Assembly: GCA_023247055.1 (NCBI GenBank)
Contig: JAHFHF010000003.1
Coordinates: forward strand, 36,367 to 100,366
Direction of reading: 5' to 3'
DNA from: Candidatus Omnitrophota bacterium
GTDB taxonomy: Bacteria > Omnitrophota > Omnitrophia > Omnitrophales > Aquincolibacteriaceae
DNA: 64,000 nucleotides
Shown here in pieces: positions 38,401 through 48,123 of the stretch. The notes beneath the pieces are model-generated. The model had not been told where the DNA came from. It saw nothing but the letters and a program-made list of their open reading frames with translations, and did no database searches. Position 1 is the first letter of the stretch. Each line of letters starts with the position of its first letter. The position numbers and the translations under genes were made by a program.

Positions 38401-40134
38401 TTAATGTTTCGGCGGATTTAGATTTTTCCCCACATAAATCCAGAGCAGGGCGGCCAAAACGCAAAGGCTGATGCCCGAAGTGGGCCGGCCCAGCAGCCAC
38501 TGCAGGGGCCCGATCGTGGTGGCGAAAAGGGCGGTGGTGGCTATGGCCCAAAGCTTCAGGCTCGCAAGCCATTCACGGCGGTTTTCACGAAGCTGCTTTT
38601 TGCCGATCCGGCAGCGCACAGCTGAAGGCCTCCAAAACCCCGGCGGCGTCACGCGGCGATAAAAATCATCCAGGGTTTGGGGATCGACAGGTTTTGTCAA
38701 GAGCGTGACGGGCAGCCAGACCAGCGCACTGCCGCAAATCATGAAAAGCAGGCCCAGCGGTGAGTTGACCGGAAGGCCGAATGCGGCAAAGACATACGGG
38801 CGGACTAAAATCACCGGCAGGCTGACGGCCAGGGCCGCAATTTCACTCCAGGGGTTGATGCGATGCCAAAACCAGCGCAATAGAAATACCGGCCCGACGG
38901 CCGCGGTGAGGTTCAGCACAAACGTAAACATGCCGCTGATGGATTCGGTAAAAAAAGCCACGCCCATGGCTCCGGCTGAAAGAACAAGGGGCGTAAGGCG
39001 GGCCGCAAGCACGTAATGCGATTCGGTTTTTCCCTTGGCTATGAAACGTTTATAAAAATCGCTGACAAAATACGACGAACCCCAATTGAGCTGGGTACTC
39101 ATGGTCGACATGAACGCCGCAAAAAAAGAGGCGACCATGACGCCTTTCCAGCCTGCCGGCAAGAGCGACATGGCCAGGCGGGGATAGGCGCGTTCATGAT
39201 CCGTCAAATCCGGCAGCAGCACCAGCGAGGCCAGCGCAGTCAAAATCCACGGCCAGGCGCGCAGGGCGTTTTGCGCGATATTGAACCAGAGCACGGCCAG
39301 CGCTGCCTGCTTTTCATCCTTACACGAATTCATGCGTTGGACAATGACGCCGCCGCCGTCGGTGTTTTTCCAGGCCCACCACTGAATCAAAATGATGCCG
39401 AGAAACCAGCCGAAGGGCGAGGCCAGAAACTCGCTGGGTGTTCCGCCGGAGACCGGCGGAAAAATATCCAGCTTGCCGGTGTGCTGCAAGGCTGTCGTGA
39501 TATGCGCCAGTCCACCTGCGGCGTTGACGGCATAAACAGCGAGTACAATCGCGCCGATCATGGCGATGATAAATTGAAAAAAGTCCGTGAGAATGACGCC
39601 CCAGTAGCCGGAGAGCGAGCAGTAAATTGTCGTTAGGCCCATGGCAAAAAAAATCGACCCGGGTTTGCTCCAGTGGGTTGTCTCCTGCATGATTTTGACC
39701 AGCCCGGTCATGGGCCAGGCGCCCATGATAAACACATTATAAAAAACGCCCCAATAAAGCGCTTTGAAGCCGCGCAGAAAAGCCGCAGGTCTGCCGCTGT
39801 AACGGCGCTCCACAAACTCCACTTCGGTCATGACCCCGGCGCGTTTCCACAGCCTGGAAAAAAAGAACACGGCCAGCATGGTGCTCATGGCCAGGCCCCA
39901 GACCTCCCAATTGCCCCAGATGCCTTTTTGGCGCACGATGCCGGTGATCAAAAGCGGCGTGTCGGAGGAAAAAGACGTGGCGGCCATGGACGTGCCCGCC
40001 AGCCACCAGCCCAGTTTGCGGTTGGAAGTAAAATACGACTCCAGGCCCTCGGAAGCTTTCTTGGTCAGAAGCAGGCCCAGAAAAAGACTCAGCCCGCAGA
40101 AAATAAAAACAATGGCCCAATCAATTGTCTGCAT
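38401..40134 (-). CDS. Sodium:solute symporter family protein
   Basis: WWLAGTSMAATSFSSDTP, GVILTDFFQF, AAFMSTMSTQLNWGSSY. Confidence 0.9.
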   Translation of the reverse strand: MQTIDWAIVFIFCGLSLFLGLLLTKKASEGLESYFTSNRKLGWWLAGTSMAATSFSSDTPLLITGIVRQKGIWGNWEVWGLAMSTMLAVFFFSRLWKRAGVMTEVEFVERRYSGRPAAFLRGFKALYWGVFYNVFIMGAWPMTGLVKIMQETTHWSKPGSIFFAMGLTTIYCSLSGYWGVILTDFFQFIIAMIGAIVLAVYAVNAAGGLAHITTALQHTGKLDIFPPVSGGTPSEFLASPFGWFLGIILIQWWAWKNTDGGGVIVQRMNSCKDEKQAALAVLWFNIAQNALRAWPWILTALASLVLLPDLTDHERAYPRLAMSLLPAGWKGVMVASFFAAFMSTMSTQLNWGSSYFVSDFYKRFIAKGKTESHYVLAARLTPLVLSAGAMGVAFFTESISGMFTFVLNLTAAVGPVFLLRWFWHRINPWSEIAALAVSLPVILVRPYVFAAFGLPVNSPLGLLFMICGSALVWLPVTLLTKPVDPQTLDDFYRRVTPPGFWRPSAVRCRIGKKQLRENRREWLASLKLWAIATTALFATTIGPLQWLLGRPTSGISLCVLAALLWIYVGKNLNPPKH

Positions 40135-40174
40135 GAAACTATTCTCCGTCTTTGCAGCTTAGGCTTAGTGAGTA

Positions 40175-40268
40175 CTCCCTCTCCCTTTGGGAGAGGGTTG
40201 GGGTGAGGGAGTGAATATCTGTTGGATTTCCCCTCATCCTAACCTTCTCCCCAGAGGGGAGAAGGAAT
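40175..40268. repeat. Family E element, intergenic
   Basis: CCCTCTCCC..GGGAGAGGGTTGGGGTGAGGG / CCCTCATCCTAACCTTCTCCC..GGGAGAAGG. Confidence 0.85.
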
Positions 40269-40319
40269 AAAACAAAACGTGCATACAACGTTAAGGGTTT
40301 CAGTTTACGCAAGGAAGTC

Positions 40320-41429
40320 TTACCTTACTGGGTTTTCAGGAATGATTTTTCCAAGAATACAAGCGCGGCGCGCGCCTGTCGTTTCCGGCAGATGATTGAC
40401 TTGGCCTTGAATCGCACGCAGGGCAAAAAAAGCAAAGGCGAGGGGTTCCTTGGCCTGGGCCGGCAGTCCCAGCGATTCCGCAGACAAAACTTTGGCAGGC
40501 TGGAGTAAGTCTTTGAGATGGGCCATCAAAACCGGGTTGAGCGCGCCGCCGCCGCTGACAATGACTTCCCGAATTTTATAGGGGGCAAAGCGCCAATAAC
40601 TGTCGGCAATGCTCCAGGCGGTAAACAGGGTTAGCGTTGCCAGAATGTCCTCAGGTCCGAATTTCCAAAACGCGGCCGGGATCATTTCTTCGCAGAACAA
40701 TTCTTTGCCTGTGGATTTAGGCGGCCTGCGTTTAAAGTAAGGCTGGCGCTGAAGTTTGCTGAACAAATCCGGCAGGATTTTTCCGCGGCGCGCTAGCGCG
40801 CCATTTTTGTCAAAGGCTTTGCGCCCCTTCGTAAAATGCCGCACGGCCGCATCCATCAGCGCATTGCCCGGCCCGTTGTCAAAAGCCAGGGGCGGCAGGC
40901 CCTTTTTGACAAAAGTGACATTGGCAATGCCGCCGATATTCTGCAGGGCGCGCCCGTATTTTTCAGAAAAAAAGTATTGATCAAAAAAAGGCATCAGCGG
41001 CGCCCCTTCGCCGCCCGCAGCGATATCGCGCGGCCGGAAATCAGCCACAACCGGAATACCGGTTTTTTCTGCAATACAAGAAGGCTCGCCGATCTGCAGC
41101 GTATTTGCCGGAGAATCGTCCGGCCCGTGATAGACCGTCTGGCCGTGCGAACCGATCACGGTGACTTTTTTGGAAGACGTGCCGGTTTTTTTAAGAAAAG
41201 CCCCGGCCTGGTCTGCGAAAAAATGGCCGAGTTCAAAGTTGAGACGGGAAAGTTCTGAGGTTTTCAGGCTGAGGGCGCCTGTTATTTTTGCAGTCAAAGC
41301 CGCCGGATAGGGAATAGTGCGGTAAGCCCGTAGTTTGAATGTCTGCGGCGTGAATTCTCCAAGAGCCAGCGAAAGGCCATCCGCGGAAGTGCCGGACATC
41401 ATACCAAGAGCCAGGAGGGGAGGACGCAT
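40320..41429 (-). CDS. anmK: Anhydro-N-acetylmuramic acid kinase
   Basis: GMMSGTSADG, IGSHGQTVYH, DFR.RDIAAGGEGAPL, NIGGIAN, KEPLAFA. Confidence 0.93.
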   Translation of the reverse strand: MRPPLLALGMMSGTSADGLSLALGEFTPQTFKLRAYRTIPYPAALTAKITGALSLKTSELSRLNFELGHFFADQAGAFLKKTGTSSKKVTVIGSHGQTVYHGPDDSPANTLQIGEPSCIAEKTGIPVVADFRPRDIAAGGEGAPLMPFFDQYFFSEKYGRALQNIGGIANVTFVKKGLPPLAFDNGPGNALMDAAVRHFTKGRKAFDKNGALARRGKILPDLFSKLQRQPYFKRRPPKSTGKELFCEEMIPAAFWKFGPEDILATLTLFTAWSIADSYWRFAPYKIREVIVSGGGALNPVLMAHLKDLLQPAKVLSAESLGLPAQAKEPLAFAFFALRAIQGQVNHLPETTGARRACILGKIIPENPVR

Positions 41430-41451
41430 TTAATTAAGCCGCGATTTCTCC

Positions 41452-41530
41452 TCTGTCTCCGTGCAGAGGTCGGGATGAGGGAAGAACATGTTTCCCCTCA
41501 TCCTAGCCTTCTCCCGGAGGGAGAAGGAAT
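41452..41530. repeat. Family E element supplying the murQ 3' end and stop, plus a family C fragment
   Basis: GGGATGAGGG / CCCTCATCCTAGCCTTCTCCCGGAGGGAGAAGG. Confidence 0.75.
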
Positions 41531-42427
41531 ATTCTGTAAAGCTTTTGCTAAAAAACCAGCAGCGGCGGCTAATTTTTTTTGAGCAGCACTTACATTCAAA
41601 CCGGTGCGCGCCATCAGAATGGCGGTTTTGGCATTACATCCGGACTGAGCCAGCAGGGTTTTGGCTTTTTTTTCCGGCACGCCGCCCAAATGAGCGACAA
41701 GCCGCAGCGCCCGCGCTTCGAGTTTTTTGGATTTAGGCTGCAAGTCGATCATCCAGTTCTGATAGACCTTGCCCAGCTGCACCATGGAGAGAACAGTCAG
41801 CCGGTTCAGGATCAACTTCGTGGCCGTGCCTGCCTTCAGGCGGGTTGAACCTGAAATCACCTCAGGTCCTGTAACGGCGGCAATAACGCATTCGGCCGGT
41901 ACGTTTGACGGAATTTTTTTATTGCAGCTCACCAGGATGGTGCGGACTTTTCTCTTTTGCGCGGCTTCGAGCGCGCCGTAAACAAAAGGCGTGACACCGC
42001 TGGCGGCAATGCCGACCACCACATCCTTAGACGTTAATTTTTTTAAAAAAATACGGTAACCGTCGGTGCGGTCATCCTCAGCGCCTTCTTTTGAGCGGAA
42101 AACGGCGGATTTGCCGCCGGCCATAATGCCCTGAACGAGGGAAGGCGACGTACTGAAAGTCGGCGGGCATTCGGCGGCTTCAATCACGCCCAGCCGTCCG
42201 CTGGTGCCTGCGCCGGCAAAAAAAAGCCGGCCGCCGCCGCGTAGCGCGGCCGTGATGATCCGCACGGCCCGGGTCACCTGCTTTTTTTCACGGTAAACCG
42301 CCCGGGCTACTGAGGCGTCTTCGCGGTGCATGAGATCGAAAGCTTTTTCGATCGAAATGCGGTCGATTTTGCGGGTGCGCGGGTTGGCTTGTTCGGTGCT
42401 GAGCCTGCCGTAAGAAATGCCTGCCAT
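41498..42427 (-). CDS. murQ: N-acetylmuramic acid 6-phosphate etherase
   Basis: GAGTSGRLG...ECPPTF, EGAED, GPEVISGSTRLKAGTATK. Confidence 0.95.
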   Translation of the reverse strand: MAGISYGRLSTEQANPRTRKIDRISIEKAFDLMHREDASVARAVYREKKQVTRAVRIITAALRGGGRLFFAGAGTSGRLGVIEAAECPPTFSTSPSLVQGIMAGGKSAVFRSKEGAEDDRTDGYRIFLKKLTSKDVVVGIAASGVTPFVYGALEAAQKRKVRTILVSCNKKIPSNVPAECVIAAVTGPEVISGSTRLKAGTATKLILNRLTVLSMVQLGKVYQNWMIDLQPKSKKLEARALRLVAHLGGVPEKKAKTLLAQSGCNAKTAILMARTGLNVSAAQKKLAAAAGFLAKALQNIPSPSGRRLG

Positions 42428-42623
42428 GCAAGGCAGAATAGCACGCTCTATTCTGGGGACACAATACTTAATTCAGGTTTACTACCCCATCCGACTCCAT
42501 ATTAAAAGAGTGTGAGCCGGAAATGACGGTCGAGAAACTGCTTGGACTTGCAGGCTATTCGCAGCCCCGGCTAGAAGGAACCGGCTGAAGGCTGTGTGAT
42601 TTAGGGAGAGGCCTGGGCAGCGG

Positions 42624-43487
42624 CTAACAGAGCGTCTTTTTTTTATCTGAAATGAATGGACAGGCCCGGATAAAGTTTTCCGGATGGTGTATGGCAATAA
42701 AAGCGGCTCGCGCAGCTTTTGCCAGATCGGCGCTTGTGATCTGCGTCATCATGGCAGGGGCCGCTTCGCAGCCGTTGGAATGCAAATAGTCAAAAAACTT
42801 GACATCATCTCCAATGGGATTGTTGCTGATTTTGATCCAGACCGCCGGAATGCCATAGGCATGCGCTGCAATCAAGGCATGCAGTGAACTCGTTGCGATG
42901 ATTTCGCACTTATTGATTTCATGGCAAAATCCGTACAGATCGTGCGTGGCAGTGTTAATGACTTTGACTGCGGGATCCTGGACCGTCTGGATAAGACCAA
43001 AGTCGCGCCAATGCAGCACAACGCCCAACCGCCGCCGTTTTGGCACTTGGTGCATAGGATAAACATCTTTGACAGAAATCCCCGCATCTCCGTAAATTTC
43101 GGGACACTCGCCCCCGCCTTTGAGAATATTTTTTCGCGTATAAGGCCCGCGGACGGCATAATAGACGGTCCTCGGATTGGGAATAGCGGCCTTTCGAATA
43201 ATCCCTGCGCCCCAAACATTCGAATTTTCATTATTCGTATGACCTAAAAAAGAACCGATGACGACGTAATGTCTCTTGGAGATTTCCGTAAAAAAAACAG
43301 GTTTTTCTGATAAAAATTCAGTGACCAAAGGCCCAAACGAATCACCCCAGTTGGTCATCCGCGGCCAGTGCAGGGGTACTCCGTAAGATGCCGCACTGAC
43401 CGCCTGCGAAGAAACCTTGGCAAAACGCCGGCGCAGATGGCGATGCCGCCACATCCGAAAAGCCATTTTAAAGGGATTTATCCTCAA
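42624..43487 (-). CDS. Polysaccharide pyruvyl transferase family protein
   Basis: NWGDSFGP, VWGAG, AVRGPYTR, YGDAG, TSSLHALI.AHAYGIPA, KFFDY. Confidence 0.85.
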   Translation of the reverse strand: MRINPFKMAFRMWRHRHLRRRFAKVSSQAVSAASYGVPLHWPRMTNWGDSFGPLVTEFLSEKPVFFTEISKRHYVVIGSFLGHTNNENSNVWGAGIIRKAAIPNPRTVYYAVRGPYTRKNILKGGGECPEIYGDAGISVKDVYPMHQVPKRRRLGVVLHWRDFGLIQTVQDPAVKVINTATHDLYGFCHEINKCEIIATSSLHALIAAHAYGIPAVWIKISNNPIGDDVKFFDYLHSNGCEAAPAMMTQITSADLAKAARAAFIAIHHPENFIRACPFISDKKKTLC

Positions 43488-43560
43488 AGCACCTATTTTT
43501 GATGAGGTCTATCATAAAGAAGCGGCCGCTCAGACGCAATAAGCAGCCTGTGTTGCCGGC

Positions 43561-43712
43561 GCATCTTCACGGTGCATCAGATCAAAGGCCTGTTCAATCG
43601 AAAGCCGGTCAATTTTGCGGGTGCGCGGGTTGGCTTGTTCGGTGCTGAGCCGGCCGTAAGAAATGCCTGCCATACAGGGCAGAATAGCAGGGCCTATTTG
43701 GAGGATACAATA
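43561..43712 (-). pseudogene. Duplicated murQ 5' end and promoter (remnant)
   Basis: Direct repeat of 42315-42466 (offset 1246); encodes MAGISYGRLSTEQANPRTRKIDRLSIEQAFDLMHRED then diverges. Confidence 0.88.
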
Positions 43713-43910
43713 TTAATCTCATCCATGCCAGTTGCCTCATATTAAAACCTTACCGTAGCTTGAATGGCCAGTGACTCGATGCAGAGTCCTGCATAAACTC
43801 CCCAGTCAGTTTTGCCGATATAAACATATCCGTTTTCCATAGAATCTTTTTGGCCGTAAGGAGTTACGTCAATTTTTATCAGCCGTTTCACACATGGAAT
43901 CAGCTCGATC

Positions 43911-45458
43911 GTGCTTGCGGTATTCATGCATGCAGGCATTGCGTCTGCCGCTGATATGGGCAGAACTTATCGGACTGTTCGTAATGAGATTCTTAAAGAG
44001 GAAATCAGCGGCCTTGAAGATAAACTGGCAGAGATGAATCTTTTTGAAACCAATCCGCTTTCAGCGGAGGAATGGCACTTGTCGCTTGAAGAGTACACCC
44101 AGCTTGTCCTGAGACAGAATATCAACATCCAAGTCTCTTATTTAGACCTTGATACGTCCAGGCGGGATATCGATAAGAAAAAGGCTGTTTTTGATCCCGC
44201 GACGGCGTTGAGTTCCGGATATGCCCATGAACGGAGCCCGGTCGATGCAGGGACATCCGGTATCGTGACAGATACGATGACGAATCGTCTTTCGGTGCAA
44301 AAGGAGTTTTTTACAGGAGGGACCGTGGCTGTGGGCGGAACCGTCGAACGCAGCGGCGATTCAGATCATACGCATGCTTCTGATTTTAGGGTAAGCGTTT
44401 CACAGCCGGTGCTTAAAAATTTTTTGGTCGATCGCAAACGGATAAAAATTTCCGTCGCAAACTATAAGATCGGGATCGAGACGCTGAGAGATCAAATCAT
44501 CGACCGCATTGCAGAGGCTCAGATTGCCTATTGGGAGCTTGTTCTTGCCCGTGAGGTTCTGGCCGCGCGCACGACGGCTTACCGGCAGGCCCTGGAAATT
44601 CTGCATGTCGCCAAAAAAGGATTGAGGATCGGCAACAGGACGAAAACCGATGTGCTGCAGGCGCAGGCCAGTGCCGCAAGCCGCAAGGAAGATATTTTGC
44701 AGGCCCGTAAAAATTTGCAGGATCGCGAGGACATCCTGAAAAAAATTATGGCCGGTCCATCCTTGTCCGGCTGGGATGAGCGTAAGATCGCAACCGACGA
44801 GGTTAAGCCCGATTTTAAACTTGAGGACGCCAATCCCCAGGCCAATCTCCGGCAGGCCCTGCAGAATCGTCCGGATTACCGGCAAGCCCTGCATCAGCTC
44901 GAAACGGATCAGTTGGATCTGTCTATTGCCAAAAACGGATTATTGCCGAGCGTTTCCGTCGATTACGGTTTTAATCTCAACGGGACGGGCGATACGGGCC
45001 GCGATACATTCAATAGTGCCTTTGGCGGACGGTTTCCTGGCAATACTGTTGGGCTGACATTCAGCATGCCCTGGTTTGACCGCGAGGAATTTGCTGAATA
45101 CCACCAGAAAAAAAATGATTTTCAAGGCCAGAAGCTGCGGATCAAGGATCTGGCTCTGACGATTGTCAGGGAAGTCCGCGAAAGAGTCCGGCAAGTGCGC
45201 ACGACCATCGAGCGGGTGCGGGTCGCTAAAAGAGCCTATGAACTTCAGGAGCAAAAATTGGAAGCTGAACAAAAACGTTATGAAATCGGTGTGGCCACAA
45301 GCTTTGAGGTGCTGACCTTCCAGCAGGATGTGGCCAATGCGCGCGTGGCGCGGATCCGTGCTATCGTGGATTATTATGAAGCGCTTATTCAACTGTGGCA
45401 GACCTTGGGTGTGACGCTTGAGAAAAACGGGATTATTTTTGAAGAAATCTCCGCATGA
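43911..45458 (+). CDS. TolC-family outer-membrane efflux protein
   Basis: Two OEP repeats, ALQNRPDY, EQKRYEIGVATSFEVL; start codon uncertain. Confidence 0.88.
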   Translation: MLAVFMHAGIASAADMGRTYRTVRNEILKEEISGLEDKLAEMNLFETNPLSAEEWHLSLEEYTQLVLRQNINIQVSYLDLDTSRRDIDKKKAVFDPATALSSGYAHERSPVDAGTSGIVTDTMTNRLSVQKEFFTGGTVAVGGTVERSGDSDHTHASDFRVSVSQPVLKNFLVDRKRIKISVANYKIGIETLRDQIIDRIAEAQIAYWELVLAREVLAARTTAYRQALEILHVAKKGLRIGNRTKTDVLQAQASAASRKEDILQARKNLQDREDILKKIMAGPSLSGWDERKIATDEVKPDFKLEDANPQANLRQALQNRPDYRQALHQLETDQLDLSIAKNGLLPSVSVDYGFNLNGTGDTGRDTFNSAFGGRFPGNTVGLTFSMPWFDREEFAEYHQKKNDFQGQKLRIKDLALTIVREVRERVRQVRTTIERVRVAKRAYELQEQKLEAEQKRYEIGVATSFEVLTFQQDVANARVARIRAIVDYYEALIQLWQTLGVTLEKNGIIFEEISA

Positions 45459-46117
45459 TCGAACTTCAGGACGTCAGCAGGATCTACAGGGTAGGTGGTC
45501 AAGAAGTCAAAGCCGTGGCCGGCATCTCACTGAAGATTGAACGGGGTGATTTTGTTGCCCTGCGGGGGCCTTCGGGATCAGGCAAATCTTCGATCATGAA
45601 CATCCTCGGCTGCTTGGACAAGCCCACGGCCGGGCATTATTTTCTGGACGGGCAGAATGTGAGTTTTTTAAATGACCGCGAGTTGGCCGCAGTCCGTAAC
45701 CGGAAAATCGGGTTTGTGCATCAAAACTTCAACTTGCTGCCGCGGCTCAATGCCATGGAAAACGTCGAACTTCCGATGACTTATGCAGGCGTAGTCCGGC
45801 AGGAGCGGATAGAGCGCGCCCGCGAGGCCCTGCAGACGGTCGGGCTCGCGCACCGTCTGGATCACCACCCCGTGCAGCTGTCCGGGGGCGAACAGCAGCG
45901 CGTGGCTATTGCCCGGGCGCTAGTGAATGCGGCGCCTTTAATTCTGGCGGATGAACCGACGGGTAACTTAGACTCGAAATCCAGTGTCGAAATCATGACT
46001 ATTCTGCAGTCCTTGAATGAGAGGGGTTCGACCATTGTTTTGGTTACCCATGAAGCGGATGTGGCGGAGTGGGCGCGGCATTCGGTTTATTTCAAAGACG
46101 GCAAACTGGCCCATTAA
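45455..46117 (+). CDS. MacB/LolD-type ABC ATPase
   Basis: [32 protein letters not shown]. Confidence 0.93.
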   Translation: MIELQDVSRIYRVGGQEVKAVAGISLKIERGDFVALRGPSGSGKSSIMNILGCLDKPTAGHYFLDGQNVSFLNDRELAAVRNRKIGFVHQNFNLLPRLNAMENVELPMTYAGVVRQERIERAREALQTVGLAHRLDHHPVQLSGGEQQRVAIARALVNAAPLILADEPTGNLDSKSSVEIMTILQSLNERGSTIVLVTHEADVAEWARHSVYFKDGKLAH

Positions 46118-46130
46118 AGGGGGAAACACG

Positions 46131-47015
46131 ATGAACCAGTGCGAACTTTGCGGCATTGAGTTGGGCGCGGACCTTCCGGAATGCCCCCAATGCGACACGC
46201 CGGCCAATAAAAAAAGACTGGAAGCCATTATCCAGGAAACCATTCAGCTGGCTGCTCAAGATGAGAAAGCTGCGCAAGGGCCGCACGATTTTCTCTTTCA
46301 AATTGCTAATTTTTACCGTCTGTGCGGGGAGTATGACGAAGCGCTTGTCTGGTATGAGCGGGCGGCCAAGAGTAACTCAAAAAATCCTGAATATATGCGC
46401 TCGATGGGCAGCACGCTGGCTGCCAAGGGAGAGTACCGCAGTGCTATTGAAATGCTCGAAAAAGCGGTGGCCATGGCGCCCCAGTATCCCGATTATCACA
46501 GCGACCTCGGCGCCGCTTATTTCAAAGAGGGGCACTACGACGAAGCCATCCGGGTTTTTCGGAAGGCGCTTGAACTCAATCCCAGTTATGCCAATGCTCA
46601 TAACAATCTCGGACTTGCGTACCGCAAAAAAGGAAAATTTCAGGAAGCGCACGATGAAATTAAAAAAGCCACAGAACTCGAGCCGCAGTACGCCGTGGCC
46701 ACGTATGACCTGGGGCTGTCGTATTACCGCGGCGGTATGTTCAGCCAGCTCCAGACGTCGGTGCGGATCAATGCCAAAATTCTCGGAGACAGTTACTTCC
46801 TGCGTAAAGATTATCAGGAGGCCGCGCGTTATTACGCCATCGCCGTGCATGTGCACCCCAAATATGCCGATCTGCGCTATCATCTGGGCAAGGCTTGTGC
46901 GGCGGCCGGCCGTAACGCCGAGGCCGGTGAGGCTTTTGACGAAGCCCTGCGTATCAACCCTAATTACGCGCAGGCCAAAGAGGCCTTAGCTAAACTCAAA
47001 GAAGGTTCAAAATGA
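46131..47015 (+). CDS. Zinc-ribbon + TPR protein
   Basis: CELC...CPQC then multiple TPRs (AHNNLG.AY, EALRINPNY..A). Confidence 0.88.
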   Translation: MNQCELCGIELGADLPECPQCDTPANKKRLEAIIQETIQLAAQDEKAAQGPHDFLFQIANFYRLCGEYDEALVWYERAAKSNSKNPEYMRSMGSTLAAKGEYRSAIEMLEKAVAMAPQYPDYHSDLGAAYFKEGHYDEAIRVFRKALELNPSYANAHNNLGLAYRKKGKFQEAHDEIKKATELEPQYAVATYDLGLSYYRGGMFSQLQTSVRINAKILGDSYFLRKDYQEAARYYAIAVHVHPKYADLRYHLGKACAAAGRNAEAGEAFDEALRINPNYAQAKEALAKLKEGSK

Positions 47016-48121
47016 TTCCATTGAAAAAAAAATATTTTCTGGGAATGGCAGCGGCAGCGGTTGCGGTTGCGATCTTGGGAATTGTCGTTTGGAGTGCCCA
47101 CCGTAATGCAAAAAAAGAACAACCCCGCATGGCGGTGGTTGAAAAAAAAGATGTGGTGGATTCAATCCAGTTTCGCGGTACGGTGGTCTCAGCGCGGAAA
47201 GTTCCTATTTCTGCCGAGGCCAGTGGGCAGGTGGTGAAGCTGTATGTGCGCCAAGGCGAGCGCGTTGAAAAAGGAGCCCCTCTGTTGGAAATTGACCCCA
47301 CCCAGCTGACCAGCAAAGTCGATCGCCAAAAAATAATGGTCGAAAAATCACAAGTGATGTTTGCCAACAGCGAAAAGGAATTAGCCAGGGCGGAAGAGCT
47401 TTTTAAGGAAAGCCTGATCACCGAATCCCAGTTGGAGGACTTTAAGAAAACAAAAGAGCTGACCAAACTGGACTCAGAAATGGCCAGGAAGGAGCTGGAT
47501 GCCTTGGACCAGCAGTTAAGTAAGGTGGTGATCAAGGCGCCGATTTCAGGGATTGTGACCGCAAAGGACGTTGAAGAAGGAGAAGTGGTGGCGAGCACGG
47601 TCGAGAGCAATGCGGGCAAGGTGCTGCTGGTCATTACTGAAGACACCCACAAAGGGATTGAGGCCATGGTTTCCGATGTCGAGCGCGCGGTTCTGAAAAT
47701 GGACCAGCCGGTTTTTGTCTGGCTGGATGTCGATGCCGGCAAGCGCTACGCCGCAAAAATTTCAAAAATGGATGCGGCCGCAGCCCAGGCGGATGGCGCA
47801 AAGCAGAACGACGGCGCCGCCAAGGCCGGTCCAAGCCAGTTTCGTATTGAAGTGGAGATTCTTGGGGGCCAGGAAGATTTCATTCTTGGCTCCAATGCCA
47901 CGATTGAGGCGGTTTTGCAGGAGGCTCGGGGTGTTTTAAGCATTCCCATCGAAGCCCTGTTTCGTGAGGGTGAGCAGGCCTGGGTTTATGTCGCTGCGGC
48001 GCGTTCAGGGGCTGAAAAGCGGCCGGTTGTAGCCGGCACAAGCAGTGTGGACCGCGTCGAAATCAAAGAAGGGCTGAGTGCGGGAGAAAAAGTCCTGCTC
48101 GAAGAGCCCTCCATCGAGTAA
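47012..48121 (+). CDS. MacA-like periplasmic adaptor (MFP)
   Basis: N-terminal TM, GQVVKLYVRQGERVEKG, IKAPISGIV, GLSAGEKV. Confidence 0.9.
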   Translation: MIPLKKKYFLGMAAAAVAVAILGIVVWSAHRNAKKEQPRMAVVEKKDVVDSIQFRGTVVSARKVPISAEASGQVVKLYVRQGERVEKGAPLLEIDPTQLTSKVDRQKIMVEKSQVMFANSEKELARAEELFKESLITESQLEDFKKTKELTKLDSEMARKELDALDQQLSKVVIKAPISGIVTAKDVEEGEVVASTVESNAGKVLLVITEDTHKGIEAMVSDVERAVLKMDQPVFVWLDVDAGKRYAAKISKMDAAAAQADGAKQNDGAAKAGPSQFRIEVEILGGQEDFILGSNATIEAVLQEARGVLSIPIEALFREGEQAWVYVAAARSGAEKRPVVAGTSSVDRVEIKEGLSAGEKVLLEEPSIE

Positions 48122-48123
48122 CG

